This document shows positions 9,376-18,856 of a DNA stretch of 64,000 nt, piece after piece; position 1 is the first letter of the stretch, and every line of letters starts with the position of its first letter. This stretch comes from a virus. Its lineage: Duplodnaviria > Caudoviricetes. The position numbers and the translations under genes are program-made. The stretch is from IMG/VR virus record IMGVR_UViG_3300028805_002025, positions 64,001 to 128,000 of that record; one strand, 5' to 3'. Under the pieces are notes generated by a model. The model worked only from the letters and a program-made list of their open reading frames with translations, did no database searches and had not been told where the DNA came from.

Positions 9376-9576
9376 TTAAGCATTATCTTCAGTTCCACCA
9401 GTTACATCCTCATCGTCGTCAGACTCCTCTTCAGATTCTTCTTCCTCCACAGGAACGATGTATTTCATGTTCTTGACTTCCTTAACCTTTGATACTGGGA
9501 AATGGTCAACGTCACCCAACATTGTGCTGTTATAATCAAATCCGTAAAACTCAAGTGTTCTAACTTTCTTTTTCAT
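9376..9576 (-). CDS. Small protein with acidic tail
   Basis: 66 aa ORF ending EEEESEEESDDDEDVTGGTEDNA. Confidence 0.65.
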   Translation of the reverse strand: MKKKVRTLEFYGFDYNSTMLGDVDHFPVSKVKEVKNMKYIVPVEEEESEEESDDDEDVTGGTEDNA

Positions 9577-9593
9577 TGTTATGTAATTTTTTA

Positions 9594-9959
9594 TTAATTA
9601 TTTTCGAATAATTTCTGATATAGTCTCTTTATCTTCTTTTTAAAGTCTTTCTTCGGAACTCTATAGGAGAGATAATATCTTGACTCCATTTCTCCAGTTT
9701 CTTCACTGTGAGGCTCATCAATTCTCTCCTTCATGGTGATGACACTTTCATCACGAAGCAATTTCCTCAGCTTACCACTGGTGAATCCCCTTATGGCTAG
9801 TTTCTGGCTAGGTTTTGCATTTATAGGGTCTTCCAGGAGGTCAACTATGAATTTCTTTATTTCCCTAAAGAAGTCGAAGAATGGTAGTTTCTCCTCTGAT
9901 TCATCAAGGAGTGACTTAATCTCTGGTATCCTGTCTTCCTTTATGTATATTACCTTCAC
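9594..9959 (-). CDS. Hypothetical protein (divergent leader variant)
   Basis: 121 aa; MKVIYIKEDRIPEIKSLLDESEE. Confidence 0.7.
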   Translation of the reverse strand: MKVIYIKEDRIPEIKSLLDESEEKLPFFDFFREIKKFIVDLLEDPINAKPSQKLAIRGFTSGKLRKLLRDESVITMKERIDEPHSEETGEMESRYYLSYRVPKKDFKKKIKRLYQKLFENN

Positions 9960-10171
9960 CTAACAACCCCTCCCTTCCAAGAACTGCTTCTGTTGAACAG
10001 GGTCTTGTAAAGGTCTTCTATGGCATCAGCCACAATTTCCTTTACCTTCCTCTCAAACTCCTTAGTGTCATATGAAGACGATATTTTATTAGCAACGATT
10101 GAATTAACTTCATTCTTGCTTAACTCCTCTGTAATTATCTGGTCTATCCTATTTTCTGAAATTGTCCTCAT
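9956..10171 (-). CDS. Hypothetical protein (divergent leader variant)
   Basis: 71 aa; MRTISENRIDQIITEEL; first gene after an ATATTTAT motif. Confidence 0.7.
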   Translation of the reverse strand: MRTISENRIDQIITEELSKNEVNSIVANKISSSYDTKEFERKVKEIVADAIEDLYKTLFNRSSSWKGGVVR

Positions 10172-10189
10172 ATGTACATTATTTTCTAT

Positions 10190-10198
10190 ATAAATATC
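10190..10198 (-). promoter_or_regulatory. Putative phage late promoter GATATTTAT
   Basis: Motif 18 nt upstream of ATG 10171, right after a terminator; recurs before other structural operons. Confidence 0.6.
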
Positions 10199-10207
10199 AC
10201 TAAATAC

Positions 10208-10236
10208 AAAAAAAGGACGCTATCTCTAGCATCCTT
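10208..10236 (-). terminator. Intrinsic terminator
   Basis: Minus strand AAGGATGCTA-GAGA-TAGCGTCCTT followed by a T-tract. Confidence 0.75.
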
Positions 10237-11221
10237 AATTATCTCTGTTTGCAGCCCTATTCAATTTTTCCATTATACGATTACAATCGGTATACACTTC
10301 ATATGGAAAATCATATTCTTTGTCTGAATAATATATGATATCTATACCATGCTCTTTACAAAGTTCTTTTTTAACACTATCGTTATTTTGCTGACGTTTT
10401 AGGTAATCTTCTCCACCAAAATATTTTATTGGTTTAAAATGTTGTAAACCTTGACATTCTATAGCAATATTGTATTCTGGTAAATAAAAATCTAAACTTT
10501 TAACACTTTTACCATTCACAAGCCAATCGAAAACTTTCTGTTGTTCAAAAACTATCTTATTTTCCTCAAGTAGTTTACTAATATGTATCTCCATCTTGGA
10601 TAGTTTGCAATATGGGCATCCTTCTTTATGTATTAAATGATTATGAGGTGTCACATAAAAGCTCTTTCCACACTTTTTGCAAGTAACTTTAATTGGAATT
10701 TTATTACCTAAATATTTACACTCAGTATAATCATACATATTTCCAAAAAGCTTTATACTATCAGAAATAAACTGTTCTTTACTCTTCCTTTGTATAATAT
10801 GATTACTTTCACTAAAACATTTTGGACAACCATTTGATTTTAAATGATTATATGGCGTTTGATGAAAAATTCCGTGAATTGGGCATATGATATCAACTTT
10901 TGTATCACAGTTAACATATATTACTTTGGAGTAATCATACCTGTCCCCAAACTTTTCTACTGCTCTTTTTACGAATTCTTCTTTACCAAGAGAATTATAT
11001 CCTACTCCTCGTTTTTTTCTAGGTTTAGAACTACTACATTTCTTACACCCATGACCATCTAAATGATGTGACGGTCTCTGCCAAAACTCACCATGTTCTG
11101 GACATATGATACATACATTGGTTTTACTATTGACATAATTAACCTTTGAATAATCATACTTATTTCCATGAATTTGTTTAGATAATCTAATAAATTCTTC
11201 CTGTTTTATGGGTTTAGACAT
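10235..11221 (-). mobile_element. Free-standing homing endonuclease-like gene (DUF723-type repeats + Vsr/DUF559-like nuclease)
   Basis: YDYSKV...CP(E/I)HG repeats, CxxC pairs, C-terminal LDFYLPEYNIAIECQGLQH; AT-rich. Confidence 0.8.
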
Positions 11222-11222
11222 A

Positions 11223-11807
11223 TTATTCTCTTTTAGCTGCTTTATGAAGCTTTTCTAATAAATCACCGTCTTGTGTAATACTATCCCTCCAATTTAAATA
11301 TGCATTCCTTAATTTTCCTATAGTTCTTGTATTTTCTTCAGTAAGTTGCATTGCTTCTGTCCACACATAAAGACCGTTTGCTCCAGAAGGGTCGTTATAT
11401 CTAAACTGGAACGACATGTTTAAAGTGTTAATCTTACCCTCTAGGGTCATGTCGTCAGAGTCTGGGTAATACTTGAGAGCATCGTTCTCAAGCTTTATGT
11501 TTTCACCGATGGTCTTCTTAAGGGTTTCCTCCTGGGCAACCCTAACATCACCGAACTGTGGAGTATCCTTCCTTATCTCGAAGTAGTTCTTGTGACCGTC
11601 GTCAGACTCATTTTCAGCCTCCTCCTCAGTTAAGATTTTTTTTTTACTTTCTTTTACAGCTTCCTCCATGAGAGTTTTTGACCTGTTAAGAAAATTATCC
11701 TTCTCAGTATCCTCCATTACGAATTGCTCTGCTGCTTCTCTAGCCTGCCTGTCCTTATTTTCTCTAAGCTTGGCAAGCATCTTCTTTGTTACGCTCATTT
11801 CGCTCAT
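11223..11807 (-). CDS. Hypothetical protein
   Basis: Probable start ATG 11807 (MSEMSVTKKML); internal AVKESKKKILTEE segment. Confidence 0.7.
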   Translation of the reverse strand: MSEMSVTKKMLAKLRENKDRQAREAAEQFVMEDTEKDNFLNRSKTLMEEAVKESKKKILTEEEAENESDDGHKNYFEIRKDTPQFGDVRVAQEETLKKTIGENIKLENDALKYYPDSDDMTLEGKINTLNMSFQFRYNDPSGANGLYVWTEAMQLTEENTRTIGKLRNAYLNWRDSITQDGDLLEKLHKAAKRE

Positions 11808-11808
11808 A

Positions 11809-12222
11809 TTAAATGTCCATTTCTTGTCCGTTCCAAAGATAGCCAAACACACGGCTAATTATGTTTTTCTTTGGTTTATTTTCAGTGTGATGAATTATTT
11901 TCCTTGCATTTGGTACTGGCTCTTCCTCAGCTGGCTCTTCTGTCTTTATCTCCTCAACTGGAGCAGCTTCTTCAATAGGTACTACCTCTTCCTCCTCTGG
12001 TGCTTGTTCATCCTGTGGTATTTCTTCCTCAATAGGTGCTTCCTCTTCAATTGGAGCTACTACTGCTGGGTCTCCGTTCATTATATCAAGTGCCTTCTCA
12101 GCGTCTTCCACTGTAGGTACTTGTTCTGGTTTGCTTTGTGTAATTACAACTGGTTCTTCCTCTTTTGCAGTAACCTTCTTTTTCTTAGGTGCTGCCTTCT
12201 TTGCGGTTTCTTTCTTTGCCAT
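11809..12222 (-). CDS. Low-complexity protein (basic N-terminus, Glu/Pro-rich repeats)
   Basis: MAKKETAKKAAPKKKK then APIEEEAPIEEE repeats. Confidence 0.7.
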   Translation of the reverse strand: MAKKETAKKAAPKKKKVTAKEEEPVVITQSKPEQVPTVEDAEKALDIMNGDPAVVAPIEEEAPIEEEIPQDEQAPEEEEVVPIEEAAPVEEIKTEEPAEEEPVPNARKIIHHTENKPKKNIISRVFGYLWNGQEMDI

Positions 12223-12238
12223 AACTGTTTTATTTAAT

Positions 12239-12246
12239 ATAAATAT
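12239..12246 (-). promoter_or_regulatory. Putative phage late promoter ATATTTAT
   Basis: 16 nt upstream of ATG 12222, immediately after the sigma factor stop. Confidence 0.5.
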
Positions 12247-12248
12247 TA

Positions 12249-12971
12249 TTAAGTAAATAATTCTTCGGTATTATTGAGCAACATTGCATTTGAGCGTAAC
12301 TTTCTTATTGCATTTATTTTTATTTGTCTAGCACGTTCACTGCTAATACCCATCTTATTTCCTATCTCTACGAAGTTAAGCTTCTCGTTTCCGTTAAGTC
12401 CAAAGTAGTAGTTTATTACTGACTCCTCCCTGGTGGTGAGTGTCGGCATTATGCTGTTAAGTGCGTCGTTCTGATTTCTACAAACCTCACGCCTCCTCTC
12501 ATCCGATGAGTTGGAGAACGAAGTCTCCATCAGTGAGACCGATTCATCCTCAGAATCGGATGCTGTGTTTTCATATGAATTACCATATATATCTTCCTGT
12601 TCTACCTCCACTGAGAACATCAGTTTCTTCTTCTTGATAGCATCCAGCATGGCATGCCTTATCCACCATACAGCATATGAAATAAACTTTACATCCTTTT
12701 CTTCATCAAACTTGGTGATGGCGTATATCAGAGCCATATTCCCTTCGGATATAAGGTCTGATATTGGTACGCCTTTTCCAGTATATTTCTTAGCCATGTC
12801 GAAAACAAACCTAAGATTGCTTTCTAATATTTCATTTCTGGCTTTTATATTTCCATGTTTGGATAATCTTAGGAGACGCTTCTCCTTAGCCCTTGACATA
12901 GGCTTGGTACTCTTCAAATCATCAAAATATATTTTGACAGTATCCGTAAAATCATTTGCATATTGATTCAT
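12249..12971 (-). CDS. RNA polymerase sigma70-family factor
   Basis: Region 2 (NLRFVFDMAKKY, DLISEGNMALIYAITKFD, KFISYAVWWIR) and region 4 HTH (EIGNKMGISSERARQIKINAIRKLR). Confidence 0.92.
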   Translation of the reverse strand: MNQYANDFTDTVKIYFDDLKSTKPMSRAKEKRLLRLSKHGNIKARNEILESNLRFVFDMAKKYTGKGVPISDLISEGNMALIYAITKFDEEKDVKFISYAVWWIRHAMLDAIKKKKLMFSVEVEQEDIYGNSYENTASDSEDESVSLMETSFSNSSDERRREVCRNQNDALNSIMPTLTTREESVINYYFGLNGNEKLNFVEIGNKMGISSERARQIKINAIRKLRSNAMLLNNTEELFT

Positions 12972-12980
12972 ATTTAAAAG

Positions 12981-15359
12981 TTAAACACCCTGTTTCAAAC
13001 TAAGGCTTGAAACATTATTTTCCTTTCTCACTACTATGTGGTCTTGACACCAGTCTTTAATTTCATCAAGATGACTTATAAGGAATATATGATTATAGTT
13101 ATTAGCTATTTTTTCAGTAAGTGTCCTTATATTGTCATAATTTTCCTTAGAAACTCTGCCAAATATTTCATCCCATACAATACTCTCACACTGAGGTATC
13201 GTAGACATTTCAGCAAGTACTGACCTAAGTGCCAGTGCCGATGCTGTAAGCTCGAATCCGCTTGCTCCACATAAATCTGAATATACACCATCCTTTATGA
13301 GATAGAACATAACATCGTTCTTCGCATCTATTCCAACCTCAACATCAAAATCACATACATCATTCAATAATTGTGACAGTCTTGCGTTGATGATTGGTAA
13401 CGTCTTCCTAAGAACCATCTTAGATATACCATTCTTTCCAACAAGTTCAAGATAAATCTTCCAGTTCTTTATAAGTTTGTCCTCTTCTTTCATCTTCTCA
13501 AGGACATCCTTTCTATCTTGAATCTGTTTCTTCTCTGTCTTAACCTCGTTGTCATTCCTTGATATACACGCAAGGTTGGTATCCCTTGTAGCTCTCTTTC
13601 CAGCAATGAGGACATCTGAGTTTCTTATCTCTATGTCTATCTTATTGTTGGTATCGATAGCTTCCTTGTTCCTCTCGTATTCTTTCTTGATGGATATATT
13701 CTCCTTATATTCACCTCTAAGTTTCTCGACGTTAAGTTCAAGTGCTGCTTTCTTCATGACAAGCTGGGACTTGGTATTATACTTCTCCCTATTATCTTTC
13801 ATCTTATCAATTTCTTTCTTGATAGATTCAACAGCTTTCCTCTTCTCCTTACCCTGCTTCGCAATATCCTCAACCTCATGTGCAAGCAATGCAAGCTTGG
13901 CTTTATCAAAGTTCTGCATTTCCCTTCCACACACAGGACATAGCCTGCTGGATTCAAGATGCTTAAGGTTCTGACTTGCAGTCCTGTACCTCTCCTCGAT
14001 GACAACCATTTCGTTGTTTGCCTTACCAAGACTCTCCTGGAGTTCATCGTACTGTTCCACTGAGAAATCAACGTCACCAAGTTCCTTCAATTTCTTCTCA
14101 ACCTCTTCAAGTTCAGATGCCTTGGTCTTACCTTCCAATATAAGTCTGTCTATTTTACCCTGTAGCGTTGTGATATCAATCTGCATCAAGGTGCTATCAA
14201 CACCCCTCTTAGAAGATAACAGAGTGTTCTTAGTGCCCTCAAGCTTCGTGACCTCTGCTTCAATCTTCTTATTCTCAGCCTTGTATCGTTTATTCTCGTC
14301 TGTAAGCGTCTTGATATTAATCTCATATGCCTGTATCTCCTGTAATAATGTTTCAGAATTATACTGATTTGACAAAAGGTATGGTTTAATCTCTGAATTG
14401 AATTTATCCCTTGCTATAATATCCTTCTGCTCAATTGGCAACAGCCCAATCCACCTGGCAAGCAATCTACCTCTCTCAGTCTCTTTCTTTTCAACAAGGT
14501 CATCAAGAGTCTTGTCAGTGACCGACATAATGAGGTCAAAGTCACTCTCACGTCCTATAGCCTCCTTGATGGCTTTATTTGTCTGTACACTGTTTTCCTC
14601 CTGCTGGTTGTCTATGAACTCTTCAAGCTCTTCCTTATTCTCACCAACAATCTTGTAATATTCCACCTTCTGAGTTGTCTTACTCTTGGCGGTTCTTCTC
14701 TCAAGTGATGGTCTGGTAAGTGTTCTCTTGATTATATAGTCAACTCCATCAATGGTAATGCAACCCTCAACCACTACGTTTGTAGCTGCTGGGAGGTGCT
14801 TGTTGAAGAATTTATCCTGTGTCTTGTATTTGGTAGTAGTACCGAACAACAGGAATCTGATAAGGTCTATACAGAAGGTAGTCTTACCTCCCTGGTTGGC
14901 TGGTTCACTGCTTAGAAGGACAAGTTGTCCAATATTGGTAAAATCAAAAAAGTTACCTGCTCCATAGCTAAGGAAATTGTCCCAGCGTATCCATTTAATA
15001 CTATACCTCTTATACTTGTCGTAAATCTGGTAATCAATTCTCGCATTTATCTCAGAATCTATTTTCTTTATGAGTTCGAAATCACAGTCAGTTATATTGT
15101 TCAATTGAAGGTAATCCTGGAATAACTTCACCTGGAACGAAGGGTCCTGTATGTTCTGTATAATGTCAGAATTTATTGGTATATCCTCTCCCTTCTCGTT
15201 CAACATGATGAACTCTGGGATAACCTTTACCTTATCCTTCGGTATGCCGTATTTCTTGCTTACCTTGAGTGCTACAGCATTTTCCTTCTCCTTGGTGTAG
15301 TCATAAGGTGATACCTTCCAGTGTAAGTGAATCTTTGATTTTTCTTTAACGTCAATCAT
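12981..15359 (-). CDS. sbcC: Rad50/SbcC-type recombination ATPase (T4 gp46-like)
   Basis: NFLSYG, Walker A NQGGKTT, coiled coils with CPVC zinc hook, signature ASGFE, Walker B WDEIFG, ISH H-loop. Confidence 0.9.
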   Translation of the reverse strand: MIDVKEKSKIHLHWKVSPYDYTKEKENAVALKVSKKYGIPKDKVKVIPEFIMLNEKGEDIPINSDIIQNIQDPSFQVKLFQDYLQLNNITDCDFELIKKIDSEINARIDYQIYDKYKRYSIKWIRWDNFLSYGAGNFFDFTNIGQLVLLSSEPANQGGKTTFCIDLIRFLLFGTTTKYKTQDKFFNKHLPAATNVVVEGCITIDGVDYIIKRTLTRPSLERRTAKSKTTQKVEYYKIVGENKEELEEFIDNQQEENSVQTNKAIKEAIGRESDFDLIMSVTDKTLDDLVEKKETERGRLLARWIGLLPIEQKDIIARDKFNSEIKPYLLSNQYNSETLLQEIQAYEINIKTLTDENKRYKAENKKIEAEVTKLEGTKNTLLSSKRGVDSTLMQIDITTLQGKIDRLILEGKTKASELEEVEKKLKELGDVDFSVEQYDELQESLGKANNEMVVIEERYRTASQNLKHLESSRLCPVCGREMQNFDKAKLALLAHEVEDIAKQGKEKRKAVESIKKEIDKMKDNREKYNTKSQLVMKKAALELNVEKLRGEYKENISIKKEYERNKEAIDTNNKIDIEIRNSDVLIAGKRATRDTNLACISRNDNEVKTEKKQIQDRKDVLEKMKEEDKLIKNWKIYLELVGKNGISKMVLRKTLPIINARLSQLLNDVCDFDVEVGIDAKNDVMFYLIKDGVYSDLCGASGFELTASALALRSVLAEMSTIPQCESIVWDEIFGRVSKENYDNIRTLTEKIANNYNHIFLISHLDEIKDWCQDHIVVRKENNVSSLSLKQGV

Positions 15360-15362
15360 TTC

Positions 15363-15740
15363 TTAGTTCTTTTTAATCACACGAATCTTCCTAACTGTTA
15401 CTGGTTTTATTACCCCAGTGTCAAGTTTGGGTTTGTTTTCCTCGCTGCTCTCTTCTTTTCCTTGAAGAACTGTGCTAACGTCTTCTTTCTTTTCACGCTG
15501 TTTCTCCTCTTCAGATACTCCTGGTTGTTCTTTTCTTTTCTTTCTACTTTCATTTTTTAAATCTTTAATACCATTATTTTCTCTTTTTATATTATCGGCT
15601 GGAGACAACCCATACTTCACGATGTTGAAACCCTGTGTCGCACACCTGTTTGCAAAGTTGTTGATGTCCTCAATACCATTTAATTCACAATATTCTTGTA
15701 TTGCCTTGCAGAGCATAGGCTTTAGATATAGTCTGTCCAT
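15363..15740 (-). CDS. Hypothetical protein
   Basis: 125 aa ORF in early operon. Confidence 0.7.
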   Translation of the reverse strand: MDRLYLKPMLCKAIQEYCELNGIEDINNFANRCATQGFNIVKYGLSPADNIKRENNGIKDLKNESRKKRKEQPGVSEEEKQREKKEDVSTVLQGKEESSEENKPKLDTGVIKPVTVRKIRVIKKN

Positions 15741-16003
15741 TATACTTTCAGTTCTTTCTTAACGTACTCAACAGTCATTTCATCAATGATTTTCTTAATC
15801 CTCTCGTTAGAATCTGATGTAAGCTGGTAAATATCGTATTTAAGTTTATTAAGCTCGTACTTAAGGTCGCATATCTCATTCTCAAGACTTTCTATTTTCT
15901 TCTGTGAGTCAACAACATAACTACCTACATCAACCCTGTTGGTTGTACATGTAAGCGTCATGGGGTCATAATTCGCAACTGTAATATAGCCATAATCATC
16001 CAT
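15740..16003 (-). CDS. Coiled-coil hypothetical protein
   Basis: 87 aa, first gene after a Bacteroidota-type promoter. Confidence 0.7.
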   Translation of the reverse strand: MDDYGYITVANYDPMTLTCTTNRVDVGSYVVDSQKKIESLENEICDLKYELNKLKYDIYQLTSDSNERIKKIIDEMTVEYVKKELKV

Positions 16004-16024
16004 AATATATTCTTTTTATATATG

Positions 16025-16055
16025 CAAAGATATATATTTTTTTTGAGAAAACAAA
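16025..16055 (-). promoter_or_regulatory. Bacteroidota housekeeping-sigma promoter driving the SbcC-sigma operon
   Basis: Minus strand TTTG(16055-16052)-N19-TATCTTTG(16032-16025). Confidence 0.8.
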
Positions 16056-16125
16056 ATTTTTGTTAAAAAATGTTTAAATTATCTATAATATTATTAGATT
16101 TTATATAAAATATTTAATAGATATT

Positions 16126-16905
16126 ATGGATAAGAATGGTAATAAGATAGCTATGGGTCTTGATGTCAGTACCCAGACCATCGGTGTTTGTATACTAATA
16201 GATGATGGCTCTGACTATGGTAAGATTGCAGAGCTTACTCACATCAACCCCAAGGTTTCAACTAAGATAAAGGGAATAGAGCAACTGTTCCTAAAGAAAA
16301 AGATATTCGAGGAGTTCCTTATCAAGTATAGGGACTTCGGTATTGACGAGGTTATAATAGAAGAACCTCTACTTAGGTCTAACAACGTTAATACTGTATC
16401 CACGCTGTTGAGATTCAACGGCATGGTATCAGACTGCGTGTATAATATACTTGGCATTGTTCCAGTCTATATATCATCGTACAACGCCAGGGAGTATTCC
16501 TTCCCAGAACTTATGTCGATAAGGAAATACGGTAAAGATGAGAAGCAGTATCCGTATACCAAGATTATGAAAGAGATTAAGGAGTGTAAGTTGGTGTTGT
16601 TCGGTGGGTATCCTTGGACGATTGATAAGAAGACCGTTATCCAGGGTAAGGTATCTGAATTATTCCCAGACATTGAATGGTTGTATGACAAGAAGGGAGA
16701 GCTGAAGAAAGAGAACTTCGATGCCTGCGATGCATATGTGGCTGTGCTCGGTCACTTGAACATGCAAAAGCATGGTGAGCTTAACTTCACAGTCGAGGAA
16801 CTTGGTGCTAAGAATGAGCCTGGAAATGCCATTATAGTTGACTACAACGTGCATTACTGGGATAGGGTGGAGAAGAGAACCACCTATATAGAACACAAAA
16901 GCTAG
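16126..16905 (+). CDS. RuvC-like Holliday junction resolvase (RNase H fold)
   Basis: MGLDVSTQTIGVCIL, VIIEEP and FDACDA acidic motifs. Confidence 0.75.
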   Translation: MDKNGNKIAMGLDVSTQTIGVCILIDDGSDYGKIAELTHINPKVSTKIKGIEQLFLKKKIFEEFLIKYRDFGIDEVIIEEPLLRSNNVNTVSTLLRFNGMVSDCVYNILGIVPVYISSYNAREYSFPELMSIRKYGKDEKQYPYTKIMKEIKECKLVLFGGYPWTIDKKTVIQGKVSELFPDIEWLYDKKGELKKENFDACDAYVAVLGHLNMQKHGELNFTVEELGAKNEPGNAIIVDYNVHYWDRVEKRTTYIEHKS

Positions 16906-16925
16906 GAGCGAATCCTAGCTTTTTT
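16897..16925. terminator. Bidirectional intrinsic terminator
   Basis: AAAAGCTAGGA-GCGAA-TCCTAGCTTTT perfect inverted repeat between convergent genes. Confidence 0.85.
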
Positions 16926-16927
16926 AT

Positions 16928-18463
16928 TTAATACTGATTAAATGAATCATACATTGCACTGTTCATAGCCTTCCTGGAGGCAATTAACTGATTAAACATT
17001 TCCTTGTTCTTCAACCTTCTTTCTTGAGCATCTGTACCTAGAATGTTTGGCTTGTGTCTTGCAGGAATAAGGCGGTTTCTAACGTGTCCGCTTTTCCACT
17101 TGAACCATTCTGACTTGTATATGTATTTGTCAAGATAAACGATAGATACATCTTCGTTTTTCCATGCTGCATAATTGAATGATAATTGGTCTCTATGGGA
17201 GTTATTCATAAGTTCATCAGACCATGTTTCCATTAACCTTATACAATCTTCCTCATTGTGCATTCTAAGCATTATGTTGCTCTGCAAGAGTCCGTAGTTA
17301 GAGGGAAACCCCTCATCCTTATATCTATCCATTTGAGGCTTTACATTCTCAGCCTTATCCTTTCTCATCTTTATCACTGCATCTGCCTCTTCATATGTAC
17401 AATTTCTTTGTGGGTGCTGAGGTACATAGACCGATGTGCCGCTTACTTCAACGCTGTTGACGAACTTATTTAAATCTCCAGTAATGTCAACGTTACCATC
17501 AACCCATATGGATAGTTTGTATTCTGGAAGAACCTTATGCGCATTTATCTTTACATATCTTTGTTTCTTTACCTGTGATAAACCATTTGTTTCTTCTGGA
17601 AGAGGTCTTATATCCCAGGTAGTACTTGTTAAATCCATGTTGTCTGTAAAACATACATAATCAAATCCTAGTGTAACCTTCTTAGGCTCTATCAACCTGT
17701 CATAAGAACCTGTTATGCAGGTATACACTACTTTATCACCATTAACCATGCCCTTTTTATACCAATATTTCTTATTTCTTTCAAGCCATTCATCACAGGA
17801 TATTGTCTTATACCCATGATATTTCTTTGCGTCCTCGACCCATGAAGCTGCCTTGTAATGCACAACATATTCTGAGAGGTTTATCCTCTTGAATTTGAGT
17901 TTCTTGCTTGCTATCTCCTCATGGAAGAAAGCACCAGTGTCATACCTATCACCCTTCTTCGTAAGACCATGTATGTGCTGGTCGTCAAAATACCTAATCC
18001 CATACTTCTTGCACTTATCAACGTTAATGAAGCAGATGTATGGTATAATCCTTGGTCTTGACTTCCAGGTTTCGGTTGCTGCGATTGCAATCTCCTTTTC
18101 GTCAAATAGGTTGGATACGTCCCTCTTCAGCAATACATCTGAATCAAGCAGCAGGAAATTCTCATCCAGCAACTCTATACATTTTTGGATGGTGTAACAG
18201 TGTTTTGCACTTGCATAATGATTCATCTTGGCAGAAGAAATAGCAGTCTCTGGGTATTTCTCCAGCCACTTATCGAAATCAATTATCTGTCCCTTCGTAT
18301 TATCGATAACTATCACATTTTTGAACTCTGCCGTGAATGGTAACTTGTCGCTATTGTCGAAGATGTAGATAATAGCATTCTTCACAAACATATTAATACT
18401 CCTTACCAAGCACTCTGTCATGTAAGGAGTATTATAGTGTACAATTAGGATATTCTTGGTCAT
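16928..18463 (-). CDS. Two-domain glycosyltransferase (GT-A/GT2-like + DUF616-like GT domain)
   Basis: N-domain ILIVHYNT...IFDNS...LLDSDV (DxD); C-domain VVYTCITGSYD, YVCFTD, IWVDGN, HPQRNC, RDQLSFNY. Confidence 0.8.
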   Translation of the reverse strand: MTKNILIVHYNTPYMTECLVRSINMFVKNAIIYIFDNSDKLPFTAEFKNVIVIDNTKGQIIDFDKWLEKYPETAISSAKMNHYASAKHCYTIQKCIELLDENFLLLDSDVLLKRDVSNLFDEKEIAIAATETWKSRPRIIPYICFINVDKCKKYGIRYFDDQHIHGLTKKGDRYDTGAFFHEEIASKKLKFKRINLSEYVVHYKAASWVEDAKKYHGYKTISCDEWLERNKKYWYKKGMVNGDKVVYTCITGSYDRLIEPKKVTLGFDYVCFTDNMDLTSTTWDIRPLPEETNGLSQVKKQRYVKINAHKVLPEYKLSIWVDGNVDITGDLNKFVNSVEVSGTSVYVPQHPQRNCTYEEADAVIKMRKDKAENVKPQMDRYKDEGFPSNYGLLQSNIMLRMHNEEDCIRLMETWSDELMNNSHRDQLSFNYAAWKNEDVSIVYLDKYIYKSEWFKWKSGHVRNRLIPARHKPNILGTDAQERRLKNKEMFNQLIASRKAMNSAMYDSFNQY

Positions 18464-18465
18464 TT

Positions 18466-18855
18466 TTATACTTTCTTTATTGTAACGTCAACGTACCAGT
18501 CCTCTGGTCTAATAGCTGTCATAGGGTGCAGAATCTGGATATATTGCTTCGGTATCCTGTCTGTAAGGGCTTTAATAAACTCATGCCTGTATATTGGCTT
18601 ATGTGTATAGAAATAGCCCATAGGATAGCATCTATGGGTAATACTGTCTTCTTTTTCTATATCATTAGAAGAGTCATGCGCCCAACCACTTTCCTTCTCT
18701 ACCTCCCTAAGTATCTCCTCCAGCTTCTTGTTGCCTTCCTCGCGGAACTTGTCAACTTCATCCTGGTTCATGAACAGGTCATACTGTCCATCTGGAAATA
18801 CACCATTAGCTTCAAATAACCTTCGTAACTGTGATTCGTTTAATCTGATTTTCAT
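18466..18855 (-). CDS. LNES-leader protein
   Basis: MKIRLNESQLRRLFEA. Confidence 0.7.
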   Translation of the reverse strand: MKIRLNESQLRRLFEANGVFPDGQYDLFMNQDEVDKFREEGNKKLEEILREVEKESGWAHDSSNDIEKEDSITHRCYPMGYFYTHKPIYRHEFIKALTDRIPKQYIQILHPMTAIRPEDWYVDVTIKKV

Positions 18856-18856
18856 A

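Noticed and set aside
16126-16905. TnpB/Cas12-like effector
   Set aside because: Only 259 aa with the RuvC-I motif at the extreme N-terminus, no Zn finger, and no adjacent array or ncRNA space; fits a stand-alone resolvase
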